In this document: in pieces, positions 10,541 through 20,064 of the stretch | Layout: every line of letters begins with the position of its first letter | Position numbering within the stretch: the first letter of the stretch is position 1 | IMG/VR virus record: IMGVR_UViG_3300037313_000492 | Coordinates: 1,058 to 65,057 of that record | Source of the DNA: a virus | Lineage: Duplodnaviria > Caudoviricetes | Strand: one strand, 5' to 3' | Length of the DNA stretch: 64,000 nucleotides | The notes under the pieces: generated by a model | Databases searched by the model: none | Seen by the model: only the letters and a program-made list of their open reading frames with translations | Told to the model about the DNA's origin: nothing | Translations under genes and position numbers: made by a program

Positions 10541-11854
10541 ATGCAAACACTCAAAGACCGCATCCTAGAGCGGGTAAGAAACCTAGGAAACCAGAAGGCC
10601 GCAGAGTTCTTCGGAGTAAACCTCTCCACCATTGGCCGATGGCTAAACGAGAAGAAGCCAACAGAGCCGAACCTAGCTGCGGCAGAGATCATCTTTGCTG
10701 AAGTGCTGGAGGAGAAGAACAATGCAATCGAGAGACTATCGAATGCGATGGCCACTCCGTATCTTTCGGATAGGGTACTCAATACCCTAGAGCGGCAAGC
10801 TGACCTATCCAGTCCCGACTTGATCGGGCAAGAAGTCATTAGCCTGAAGGAAAAGCCAAACGCGCCGACGGCCGCGCAATTCTTCGGCCTTCAACCAGTA
10901 GACGAAGCGGCTCTCGATGCCAGCATCGAAGCTCGAGCCAAGCAATACGATCTAAAGCCAGGGGAGCAGATCATTGACCCCTCAAAGATTGACCCGACCG
11001 GCGAAGTGATTCAGGAGCAGCCAAAGCTCAATCAGCCAGGAGCGTTGCCAATCGGAGCGAATCCAGCAGTGATGTCTGAGGAGGCTTATAATGAGCTGGT
11101 GAAAGCCGCGAAAGCTCCGGTTCAAGAGCAACCGAGAGCCATTCAATCTCCCGCTGTTCACACCGGGAAACCCGAAGTGATTCTCTGCCTACCGGTAGCC
11201 GAAAAGGTCTACGGGGCAACGAACCTTGCACTTATCGCTTTGGCCAAACGCCACGGCAAGAGACTCGGATTTGAGCAGCTCGTAGGCGAGTCCTGCCCAG
11301 TGAGAATGCGGAACCGGCTTGCAGAACGATTCCTTGCAACGGGTTCTGATTGGTCTCTCTGGATTGACTCGGACATGATCCCACCAATCGGAAACCCGAA
11401 CTGGTATCGAGGCGTAACAGGAGCACGGCATACGGGATGCGTAAATCCTGATCAAGACTCCGTTGACCGTCTGCTATCCCGTAATCAGCCGTTAATCGGC
11501 GCTGTGTACGCTCAACGCTCGGCGCGGGGTATTCCTGTAGTCGGTGGGGTGAATCCAAGCAGCCCAACGATCCAAAGCGCCATCAAGCAAGGCCCGGTAA
11601 ACAACATCGTTGAATCAGCATGGCTTGGGTTTGGCCTCACTCTGGTGCATCGCTCTGTTTTCGAGGCGATTAAACAACTCAGCGACCCAAACAACCATAT
11701 CCAGAACGGCAGAACCGGCTTCTTCAACAAGCTGGGTGAAGACGGCGAGGACTTCTCGTTCTGTAAACGGGCAACGGCAGCGGGGATCAAGTGCTACTTG
11801 GACCTTGGCCTAGTTGCTGGACACATCGGGAATAAGGCGTTTCTGCCGGAGTAG
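10541..11854 (+). CDS. HTH plus GT-A fold glycosyltransferase fusion
   Basis: N-terminal HTH (QKAAEFFGVNLSTIGRW); C-terminal WIDSDM (DxD), GFGLTLVHRSVF, GEDFSFC and GHIG motifs of GT2-like enzymes. Confidence 0.75.
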   Translation: MQTLKDRILERVRNLGNQKAAEFFGVNLSTIGRWLNEKKPTEPNLAAAEIIFAEVLEEKNNAIERLSNAMATPYLSDRVLNTLERQADLSSPDLIGQEVISLKEKPNAPTAAQFFGLQPVDEAALDASIEARAKQYDLKPGEQIIDPSKIDPTGEVIQEQPKLNQPGALPIGANPAVMSEEAYNELVKAAKAPVQEQPRAIQSPAVHTGKPEVILCLPVAEKVYGATNLALIALAKRHGKRLGFEQLVGESCPVRMRNRLAERFLATGSDWSLWIDSDMIPPIGNPNWYRGVTGARHTGCVNPDQDSVDRLLSRNQPLIGAVYAQRSARGIPVVGGVNPSSPTIQSAIKQGPVNNIVESAWLGFGLTLVHRSVFEAIKQLSDPNNHIQNGRTGFFNKLGEDGEDFSFCKRATAAGIKCYLDLGLVAGHIGNKAFLPE

Positions 11855-11857
11855 CCC

Positions 11858-12112
11858 ATGACCGCCACGGAACTTCAACGGGTCGCAAGAAGACTCAGTA
11901 ACTCAACGTGGTGCCGTCATTGGCTGCATTGGAATTACCCGCAAACCAAGCCATGGATTATGGCGATCAACTGCCGAAACGCCGATGGTTCAATAGCGGA
12001 CGTTTACGCTGGCGATATGGAGCGAGCGGGATTTAGGCGCGAGGAGGTTGAAGGAGAAGAGTATTGGATGGCTGAACGAACCAATGACGACGGAACCCCC
12101 TACGAGCTATGA
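11858..12112 (+). CDS. hypothetical protein
   Basis: 84-aa ORF in operon. Confidence 0.5.
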   Translation: MTATELQRVARRLSNSTWCRHWLHWNYPQTKPWIMAINCRNADGSIADVYAGDMERAGFRREEVEGEEYWMAERTNDDGTPYEL

Positions 12113-12321
12113 CATCCCCAGACGCCAACGTAGAAGCAGTACGCGCCAAGCTCTTGGACCGCAGCATCACCGGCCTAAAGAAGTACGGCGTAACCACAGA
12201 ACGCAAAGACCTATCGATTGTTGACTGGCTTAGACACCAGCAAGAGGAGCTTTTGGACGCGGCTGTGTACTGTGAAGCGGCTATTCGGAAGCTGGAATCC
12301 GGTCAGGATGTCAATTCTTGA
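12109..12321 (+). CDS. MazG-like all-alpha NTP pyrophosphohydrolase
   Basis: RS-x2-G-x2-KYG-x-T...W-x2-H-x2-EELLDAAVY acidic EExxD motif. Confidence 0.6.
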   Translation: MTSPDANVEAVRAKLLDRSITGLKKYGVTTERKDLSIVDWLRHQQEELLDAAVYCEAAIRKLESGQDVNS

Positions 12322-12440
12322 CCGGGTAAATGCTTCAAAACGCGGAAAAACACCCGACAACATATCAATTGTTGACTTATTAAGGGTTTCTCAAATTTCC
12401 GTTTGATGGAAACCCCTAAACGGGTGTAAGAGATTGGACC

Positions 12441-12635
12441 ATGAGCACAGACCCTGAAGGCCACAAATGCCCGCAATGCGACTTCGTTTCGGCAAGAGAA
12501 GTAGCTCTCAAAATCCACATCCACAAAAAGCACAAGACGAAAACCGAGTGCTTTTATCGGGGCGGAAGTGTCGGAAAGGCATTACCCAAGCAGAGAGAAG
12601 GGAAGAAGGAACGTAAGTCACTGCCGGGAAGATAA
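12441..12635 (+). CDS. small C2H2 zinc-finger protein
   Basis: C-x2-C-x12-H-x4-H (CPQCDFVSAREVALKIHIHKKH) with conserved F and L; basic tail. Confidence 0.55.
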   Translation: MSTDPEGHKCPQCDFVSAREVALKIHIHKKHKTKTECFYRGGSVGKALPKQREGKKERKSLPGR

Positions 12636-12638
12636 GCC

Positions 12639-12791
12639 ATGATCCAAAGGGCCATTATATTGCTGGTGATAGTCCTTCCGTACATTCCACAAGAGGTTAT
12701 TCCCGTAAATGCCCTGAAGGCAGTTCTTATCCTCTGCGCATTGGCTTACATTCTGATAAAGATCAAGGCAACCAAAAGGATCAATCCATGA
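12639..12791 (+). CDS. 50-aa two-TM membrane peptide (not in ORF track)
   Basis: read by hand: MIQRAIILLVIVLPYIPQEVIPVNALKAVLILCALAYILIKIKATKRINP; stop overlaps the next ATG. Confidence 0.45.
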   Translation: MIQRAIILLVIVLPYIPQEVIPVNALKAVLILCALAYILIKIKATKRINP

Positions 12792-13555
12792 GCACTAAAC
12801 CCCCATCAATCAGGATTTCTTTATCCGGCCACGGATATTCCGAGAAGTTCAGCCTTCAGCGTTTTTCGGCGCAAATGAGTATTGCAACCCGCAGATTCTT
12901 TGAGTCTCGCGGGCAGACTCAAATGACATTTGCGGACGGGAACAAGGCGTTCGCACTCCAGCAGTCAGCGGAGAAGAGAAAGCGCGAGAAGGAATCCACC
13001 CCATCAAATCCAGTAGCTCCCAAGGTTTCAAACAAGTCCCCATCTATCCAGAAGCCAAAACGAACTTTGGCTGAGAGAAAAGCGTGGCGTCATGAGTATC
13101 AGAACAGACTCCGAGCAGATAAGCTCGCCAGAGGAGAATGCCGGACATGCCCAAACAAAGCAAAGCCGGGAATTGTGCGATGCAAGGCGTGTGCCGCAAA
13201 GCAAGCGGCGTATAATACTCGAAGAAGCAACAATCCAACAGCTTGCCAGGATAGAGCCAGAAAAGAACGCAGAGCTAATGGGCTTTGTGCTCTGTGCGGA
13301 AAGGTCGAAACCGCAGGGCGATTCGCTTGCCCTCGATGCGAGGAAAAGACCAATGAGTCGCAGAAGCGCAACAAGAGAAAGAAAGTGGCCATGGGAATCT
13401 GCCGAAACTGCCCAGAGAAAGCGGTTGAAGGAAAGAGATTATGCGCTCCATGTAACGTAAGGGCCCTAGAGTCATCCCGCCAAAGCAGAGCAAGGAGAAA
13501 GGGATTAACCATCGCTCCTTTGCCGGATGATAAAAACACCCCAGAAATAAATTGA
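12788..13555 (+). CDS. basic protein with three G-x-C-x2-C-x9/10-C-x2-C repeats
   Basis: GECRTC..CKAC, GLCALC..CPRC, GICRNC..CAPC separated by Arg/Lys-rich helices. Confidence 0.7.
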   Translation: MSTKPPSIRISLSGHGYSEKFSLQRFSAQMSIATRRFFESRGQTQMTFADGNKAFALQQSAEKRKREKESTPSNPVAPKVSNKSPSIQKPKRTLAERKAWRHEYQNRLRADKLARGECRTCPNKAKPGIVRCKACAAKQAAYNTRRSNNPTACQDRARKERRANGLCALCGKVETAGRFACPRCEEKTNESQKRNKRKKVAMGICRNCPEKAVEGKRLCAPCNVRALESSRQSRARRKGLTIAPLPDDKNTPEIN

Positions 13556-13580
13556 CCATTGCAACGCGTTGCGGTATTTA
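13552..13580 (+). promoter_or_regulatory. promoter with operator, copy 2
   Basis: TTGACC followed by ATTGCAACGCGTTGCGGT (13558-75) and TATTTA. Confidence 0.65.
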
Positions 13581-13589
13581 TCAAAAGCG

Positions 13590-14355
13590 ATGGACCTACT
13601 AACCTCCCCCTGTAAAGCGTCCGTGGACGCCAAAGAAGATCAGATCGTTGAGAACAGGGCGTATGCCCACAAAGCAACCCTGATCGTAAACCAGATAATT
13701 ACATCACCATTTGCATCAGAACGACGAGCAGAAGCGATTGAGCACTTGAGAGCGGCAATCGTGGCGCTTAACCTTGAGAATCAAGAATTGGAATGAACAC
13801 AGTATTTCAAACCGGCCCCGGGTTCTTCGCGGCCAACACAAACGAAGGCGATTCAGCCGTTCCTAAAGGCCGAATTCGCATCCTGTGCGCCAGACTGGAG
13901 GCGTACGACCTGGAGATTAAAAACGAGTCAGATATGGACGATATCAAGTTTGAGGTTCTGTTCGCCAAAGCAGAAGGAAAACCGCAGCTTGCCAAGGCAA
14001 TGCTGGCGCTTGCTGATGCGATCAACGGAAACCGCGCAATGCTGGAGGCTGAAGCAAAGAAATGAAATTCATGGCAGAGTTCACTGCAATGGAGAAAGCA
14101 GTCATTGTTCTGATTGGCGTTTTGCTTATTGTAACCCTGATAATCGGTTTTGGGCCTAGCGCCAACAGAGCGCAAGCATCAGCATGGGGAAAAGAGCATT
14201 CCGTGAGTTTATACAGTGGAGGTCATCTAATTGGCCATTGGGAAACGACTGGATTGGTCAAAAACGAAGGCAGCAGTGACGGTTACTATTTCCAGGATAA
14301 AGAAACCGGAAAGCTGATCCGAATCAGCGGCGAAGTCATAATCGAAGCCAAATGA
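13590..14355 (+). CDS. three small hypothetical genes (~13590-13796, 13793-14065, 14062-14355; the last has a TM helix)
   Basis: coupled ORFs after promoter copy 2; the first likely starts at ATG 13590, not TTG 13569. Confidence 0.55.
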
Positions 14356-14969
14356 AAGTCTACACCTATTTCAGCCCCGTTCCTCAGATCGAACAAGGCC
14401 CACAGTTTGAACTCCTAGAACTCTGGCGAAAGAGCTGGGGCGCGAACGGCTGGGAGCCTGTCATTCTCGGGCCAGAAGACGCGCAGAAGAGCGAGCAATA
14501 CGGACCGATCGTCTCCAACGTCCAGAACTTCCCAACATCCAACCCTCGCGAGTACGAACTCTCCTGCTTTGTGCGATGGGCGGCAATGGAAGCGATTCGC
14601 GGCGGGGTAATGACCGATTATGACGTGATGAACTACGGATTTAAACCAGAGGGTATTGAACTTTCATTCCCGCTGAAGTCCAAAGAGAATCATGTACCCT
14701 GCGTAGTCTATGGAAATCGCCAGGCGTTCCGGATCATCTGCGGGATGTTTGCAAACTACGTTCCCTCATGGCACGAAACCCAAGTCAGCGACATGACTAT
14801 TCTGGAACGGTCGGCAGAAATGGGTATTTACGATGACGTCAGAGGTGTGAAGCAGTACGGAGAGCCAGGATGGGAGACCTCAACGCTGGTTCACTACTCG
14901 TCGCACTCAGTGCGTGCAGTAGATGGCAAGGGAAAGGCTGATAAGATTCAGAAGTTACGCCCAGTTTAA
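14352..14969 (+). CDS. putative glycosyltransferase / NDP-sugar transferase-like
   Basis: LWRKSW-x3-GW-x-P-x-IL, CF-x-RW-x-A, GGVMTDYDVMN (DxD) motifs. Confidence 0.6.
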   Translation: MKVYTYFSPVPQIEQGPQFELLELWRKSWGANGWEPVILGPEDAQKSEQYGPIVSNVQNFPTSNPREYELSCFVRWAAMEAIRGGVMTDYDVMNYGFKPEGIELSFPLKSKENHVPCVVYGNRQAFRIICGMFANYVPSWHETQVSDMTILERSAEMGIYDDVRGVKQYGEPGWETSTLVHYSSHSVRAVDGKGKADKIQKLRPV

Positions 14970-14978
14970 AGGCCGTTT

Positions 14979-15446
14979 ATGGAGATTAGGAAAGAAGACG
15001 ATCTACAGCTGGCAAATCTAATTCAACGATTGGACGCCAAGGTTCTATCTATACGCCCCTCCACTAATGATTCTGGATGTCAGATATTTTTTGTAACTGC
15101 CCCTGGATTACAGTCGAAGCATAGGCATTTTCGAGTGATTATGCTGCACGAATCAGATGCGAATTCTAGGAGTGTAAGGTATGCCCTTATAAATTATCTA
15201 AATCGGCGCGATGTTTCCACTAATCGGGCGATTGTTCCGCATCCTCAATCAGTGGTTGACGAGGTTCTAAAACGGTCTGTTTTTACGCATTTAGGCTCCA
15301 TTCAAAACACCACTCTCGCCCACAATAACACAGCAGCGCGAAAGAGGCTTCGTGAAACTTATTATTGCGGGCGAAACATCAGCGACGAAGAGGCCGCTAA
15401 TGATGGATACAAGCTGGATACCATTTATATCCTTGCAGGAGAATAA
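14979..15446 (+). CDS. hypothetical protein, visibly AT-richer than its neighbours
   Basis: 155-aa ORF. Confidence 0.5.
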   Translation: MEIRKEDDLQLANLIQRLDAKVLSIRPSTNDSGCQIFFVTAPGLQSKHRHFRVIMLHESDANSRSVRYALINYLNRRDVSTNRAIVPHPQSVVDEVLKRSVFTHLGSIQNTTLAHNNTAARKRLRETYYCGRNISDEEAANDGYKLDTIYILAGE

Positions 15447-15457
15447 CCTGAATTGAA

Positions 15458-15487
15458 TTGACTATCGCAACCCGTAGCGGTATCTAT
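15458..15487 (+). promoter_or_regulatory. promoter with operator, copy 3
   Basis: TTGACT-17 nt-TATCTA containing ATCGCAACCCGTAGCGGT (15464-81). Confidence 0.7.
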
Positions 15488-15492
15488 TGCGC

Positions 15493-16390
15493 ATGAAATC
15501 CACCCGCTTAATGGACCTACTCACAGAGTACGCTGAGTCTCTGGGGTATAAGCTGATTGACTGTTCGGTTTATGGGCTGAGATGCCAGGATGACCCAAAG
15601 ACGGAATTAGATGGAAGCTGGGCGATCTACATTGCGGGGCTTGGCGATAAAGCCGTTCTTCAGGTCTCCATCAACGACGAGGTAAACATCGACCGATTTT
15701 GCGACACAACAGAAGTCGCGACATTCGAAGCCGGGAAGCTCTATATCGACTCTTGGCACTTCAAAAACCTTAAATTTATCAAATGACACCACTCGAAGAA
15801 CGGCTTTATGCCGCATTATGGAGGATCGCGAAAGACGCCCAATCACCGGAGCAGGTGAAACGAAGCGCACACCTTTTTGGATTAGAGCCTGATGAGGCTT
15901 TGGAAATGGCGTACGACAACATCAAGAGCATCGCCAAGTCGGCAATCAAAGGTATTCGGAAACCAAAGAAATGAGCACACCACTACAGATCGAAGCAGGG
16001 AAGTTCTACAGGACGCGGGATGGCAAGATGGCGAGGATTTATGCGACCGATGGCTCAGGTTCATACCCGGTGCATGGAGCAGTTCTAGAAGGAGTGGGCT
16101 GGGGTTCTGCAACATGGACCTATAGCGGCGTGTTTGATGATGGAGTCGAAACGGGTGAGCATGACATCATCTCCGAATGGCGCGACGATCCGGTTGTGGA
16201 CTGGTCAAAGTACCCCGAGTGGATGCCGTTGTTGGCGATGGATGAAGACCGTAGATGGTTTCTGTTTGAGTGCGAGCCATCCGTTACGCTTAGACGATGG
16301 GAGTCTGCTGGCGATGCGTTGCTAATCCCGCCCGAGTACGCCCCGAAGTTCACCGGAGACTGGAAAGACTCACTGGCTAAAAGACCATGA
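15493..16390 (+). CDS. three hypothetical genes (~15493-15786, 15783-15974, 15971-16390)
   Basis: coupled ORFs; the last has the GKFYRTRDG motif common in phage proteins. Confidence 0.6.
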
Positions 16391-16538
16391 CACCCGACAA
16401 ACTGAAAGAAACCAAACTGAGGCAACGCGCCAACGGCGAAGTCCCATCAACCCTTAAGCCAGGAACCATCATGGACACCGTAAGGCGTGCTTCTAAGGTT
16501 CAGCTTGAGTTCTCGGCATTTAAACGAAAGAAACAGCA

Positions 16539-17273
16539 ATGAACATTCTTTTAGCCTGCGGGATGAACCCCGGATACTTCGAGCGCGGACGGCAGTACAT
16601 CGACAGCCTATACGCGCATTGCAACGTGCCGTTCAAGGTCTACTGCATTGACGGCGTTCCAAACTACATCAAGGCCGATAACTTCGGAGCGATTTTGTCT
16701 CGGGACATGGAATCCCAAAACGGCGGACAGATGCTCCAGAACGGCAATTTCGCCAAGCTGGATTGCACGCTATCGGATAACGACGTTATCTGCTTTACGG
16801 ACTGCGACATCGTTATGCAGCGGCCTTTCTCGGAAGAGGAGATCAAGATGCTTGAACACTGGCCGGATGCGACGTTTGGAATCGGGTGGAACGCCAATCC
16901 AGGCGACACGCTTAGAGAAGAGATCCAGCGGATTAACGTAAGCCATCATCAACTCTCGGTTCTGAACCGATACGAAGGATGGGAGAACATGGGCTGCTAC
17001 AACTGCGGCGTGGTGGTGGCGAAGGCGAAAGACTGGCGTGCGCTGTTCGCCATTTTCTGCAAAGAGTTCGACCTGTTCTACCGGACGTTCCCGTACAAGT
17101 CCTCGATTCAGTGGTTAATCTGCTGGATCGTTCAGCGGCATTTCAAACATCAGCTTCTTGATGGCTCAATCCACAGCCACGGGCATTTCGGGATTCCAGA
17201 GGGCGTGACGCTAGATGAGAAGCGAGAGGTGTTTTACAACGGAACTAAGGTTCTTTTCCGGCACGTGATATGA
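16539..17273 (+). CDS. putative GT-A glycosyltransferase
   Basis: ICFTDCDIVMQ (DxD), YNCGVV motif, HSHGH C-terminal motif. Confidence 0.65.
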   Translation: MNILLACGMNPGYFERGRQYIDSLYAHCNVPFKVYCIDGVPNYIKADNFGAILSRDMESQNGGQMLQNGNFAKLDCTLSDNDVICFTDCDIVMQRPFSEEEIKMLEHWPDATFGIGWNANPGDTLREEIQRINVSHHQLSVLNRYEGWENMGCYNCGVVVAKAKDWRALFAIFCKEFDLFYRTFPYKSSIQWLICWIVQRHFKHQLLDGSIHSHGHFGIPEGVTLDEKREVFYNGTKVLFRHVI

Positions 17274-17935
17274 AAACCCTGCTTGTCATCATGTGCTACG
17301 GCGGGGACCTGGAGCGTATCCAAAGGCATCTTCCGTTCTGGCGTGAATCAGGGTGTGATTTGCTGTTCGTGTCGCCGGTTGATGATCCGATCAGGTTCGA
17401 GCAAGTTGGGCATCCATGCGCTCAATACGCACTCAGCGAGCATCACGGAGTAGAACTGATTCGGAGGCACATATTCGCCTTCAACTACTCCTTGCTTCAC
17501 AGCGTTGAATACGATGCCTTCTCTTTCATCGAGGCCGACAGCATAACGTTGGGAGCAATTCCAGATCACCCTTGCGGCGGATTGCGTTGCTTCGTCTGGG
17601 AGAATACCAGCAAGCCGCGTTTTCAAGCGGATCATTACTTCCATTGGCCGTTGTGGGCAGATCGCTCGACGCTCGCTCATATTGCGTCCGTTGCCAGAAC
17701 AGATGAACCCGAGGAAGGCTTTCCTGATCGCTGGTTGGCCCTGCTCTGCGAGCGTCACAGCATCCCCTTCACTCACGAACCCCGAGCATTCAGCCGAAAC
17801 CAGCTCGACAACCCCGACTACATGCAATCCGCAGTAGACGCCATAAAAGCTGGCGCTATCTGGGTGCATGGAGTTAAAACCAAAGAACAGCTTGAGGAGT
17901 TGTGCTCCCGGGCTGGAATTCAAAAACCATCATGA
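17270..17935 (+). CDS. putative glycosyltransferase-like protein
   Basis: FIEADSI (ExD), PDRW, terminal WVHGVK motif; coupled between similar genes. Confidence 0.55.
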   Translation: MKTLLVIMCYGGDLERIQRHLPFWRESGCDLLFVSPVDDPIRFEQVGHPCAQYALSEHHGVELIRRHIFAFNYSLLHSVEYDAFSFIEADSITLGAIPDHPCGGLRCFVWENTSKPRFQADHYFHWPLWADRSTLAHIASVARTDEPEEGFPDRWLALLCERHSIPFTHEPRAFSRNQLDNPDYMQSAVDAIKAGAIWVHGVKTKEQLEELCSRAGIQKPS

Positions 17936-18675
17936 GTCTACTACTTTGCTTGCAATTTTGCCCCATCGACCAAGAAGAAGCCAGAGAGCTTGTCCGGCTC
18001 CTGGTTGACATCGAGCCAAACCACAGAACAGACGTTGAGTTCTGGCTCTCGATCCGAGACGACGTTGAACCGGATTTAGCCAACAGCCTCGCGTCTCAGC
18101 TTCGCCAAAAGTTCCAGCATGTGAAGGTTCACCGCTGCTTACGGCGAGGGCGCGGGCATCCACACGGATGCAACGAGATGTGGTTTGACCTCATGCAAGC
18201 CGTGTTCATGGCTCACCGCGAGGGATTCACCAAATGCACTGGCGTCCTAACCTTCGAGGCCGATTGCGTTCCTCTCCGGCGCGACTGGATCGACGTTCTC
18301 ATTTCCGAATGGAATAAGGCGCAAGGCATGGGCAAGTTTGTGATGGGCCACTTGCAGAAGATGCCAGCGCAACCAGGCCACGAAGCCAGCGAGCACATCA
18401 ACGGAAACGCCGTCTTCGGCGTGGAGATGCACGGCAAGTATCCAAAGTACATGTACGGCTGCGGGGCTGATTCCGCATGGGATTTGGAGCTCGCCAAGCT
18501 CACGGTGCCGAACTCCTACGATACGCACGCTATTATGCAAGTGTACCGGATGAAGGGTGTAACTGCTGAGTTTATGGAGGCCGTGAAGAAGCACGGAGAG
18601 AAACCGGCTCTCTTTCACGGCGTGAAGGGAACGAGCGCAATCAAGATTCAACGGGAGGCGTTGCTTGGGAAATGA
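17932..18675 (+). CDS. putative glycosyltransferase-like protein
   Basis: LTFEADCVPL (ExD), HINGNAVF, AWD, terminal FHGVK motif shared with the upstream gene; likely start MSLLL at ~17932. Confidence 0.55.
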   Translation: MSLLLCLQFCPIDQEEARELVRLLVDIEPNHRTDVEFWLSIRDDVEPDLANSLASQLRQKFQHVKVHRCLRRGRGHPHGCNEMWFDLMQAVFMAHREGFTKCTGVLTFEADCVPLRRDWIDVLISEWNKAQGMGKFVMGHLQKMPAQPGHEASEHINGNAVFGVEMHGKYPKYMYGCGADSAWDLELAKLTVPNSYDTHAIMQVYRMKGVTAEFMEAVKKHGEKPALFHGVKGTSAIKIQREALLGK

Positions 18676-18965
18676 GAGACAATCCATTGGCGATTTTGGG
18701 TCGGATGCTCTCGTTTTTGAGGCATACGCTACCAAAATCCGAAGTGCGTCATATCGAGCTGGCATTCGGGGCCGAGGATGAAATCCAAATCATATTCAGA
18801 GGCAAAAAGGCGCAGAGAAGATTTCATCGTTACGACTTACTTAAAGAAGATGTCCAAGCGGACATCGTTGCTTCACTCCTGGATGTGTTCAAGCCAAGGA
18901 AGCCGCGTCCAAAGGCATCACGCCGATTCGTAAAGCAGGGATCTAAACCCGGGGCACTGGTATGA
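18672..18965 (+). CDS. hypothetical protein
   Basis: 97-aa coupled ORF. Confidence 0.5.
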   Translation: MRDNPLAILGRMLSFLRHTLPKSEVRHIELAFGAEDEIQIIFRGKKAQRRFHRYDLLKEDVQADIVASLLDVFKPRKPRPKASRRFVKQGSKPGALV

Positions 18966-19288
18966 GCCGAACCAAACTGCAACGGGCGCTTTCTAAATGG
19001 TGCGCGAAAAACGATCCACTGAAAAACACCGTGATAATTAGGCCAAAGCAAATTTACATCGGGGATCTGTACTCACCTAAGCCAAGAGCGAAAAGAAGGG
19101 GTTTTCGTAAATGAAGGCAAAGAAAATCTGGGTGGCAACAACGCGCGGACCTCACATCGACGGACTCATGCCCGTCTACGGATACAGGTGCATTTTGGCA
19201 ACAATTATCGCGATTTGTTTAAATTGACTTTGCCATCCGAATGAATGAACCTTTCGAACGCGGGTTCTTTTGATGGGGATACCCGTGC

Positions 19289-19528
19289 TCATGATGCCGC
19301 CAGTCTGTTCTGAGGGGAGCAGGCTGGCGGTTAAGATTTTAGCGCGGCAGCATGACCGTTCCTGCCTGACAACCAAAGGTCGTTAATTATTGGGAGCTAA
19401 AGCCTCGTCTACCATGTGTAGAAGGAGATCATGGGACGTGAAAGCGACCCAAAGCATAGCCCTGCCAGACCGAAGCTTTACGCTGCGCGTGAGGTACTAA
19501 TGTAGGTCTGGTGGGGTTTTTCTTTTTT
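19289..19528 (+). ncRNA. candidate structured RNA ending in a terminator
   Basis: 15-bp hairpin 19297-19330; alternative helix 19289-19300/19344-19355; 12-bp stem 19460-71/19505-16 followed by a T-tract. Confidence 0.35.
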
Positions 19529-19613
19529 CCCAAGGGTGGATGCATGGATGCTTCCGAGGTGATGGCACGAAGAATTGTTCCAAATTCGCTAGCTCATCTG
19601 TGGGTGTGTCTAC

Positions 19614-19862
19614 TTATGGGAAACAGTGAGGTTCTGGTGGCAGATTCGGGTGTTGACCGTCCCTAACAAGGGACATGTAGAACCGCATCCGAGCTTTGGT
19701 GTACCGCCTTATGGCTCGTTGTCCTTCTTCATTCGTTACCCCCAGTTTACCTATCTTCCATGCCAGCACCACCAAGCAATAATGGTCTGAGGCCATCAAC
19801 CAGACCCAAGGTTTGATAGTTCCAGTGCTCATATCGTAAAGACGGCTCAGAAAATCCTGCAT
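19614..19862 (-). CDS. possible small reverse-strand gene
   Basis: 82-aa ORF divergent from the capsid gene, in otherwise unassigned space. Confidence 0.4.
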   Translation of the reverse strand: MQDFLSRLYDMSTGTIKPWVWLMASDHYCLVVLAWKIGKLGVTNEEGQRAIRRYTKARMRFYMSLVRDGQHPNLPPEPHCFP

Positions 19863-20064
19863 TCAATAGGAATATTCGATTAGAATTGACTTGCAATTTT
19901 ACCTGATTCGTGGTTCAGGTTAAATCGCAGTCTGGATTCAGATTGTTTTGGAATCACTCGATTCCCGCCGTCACCGGGCGAAAAAGACGGGTGTTTTGTT
20001 AGTCGGTTGAGCGTCCACTGACGCCCAAAACACAGTCTGTTTCAATTTCACTCGGAGACTTTCC

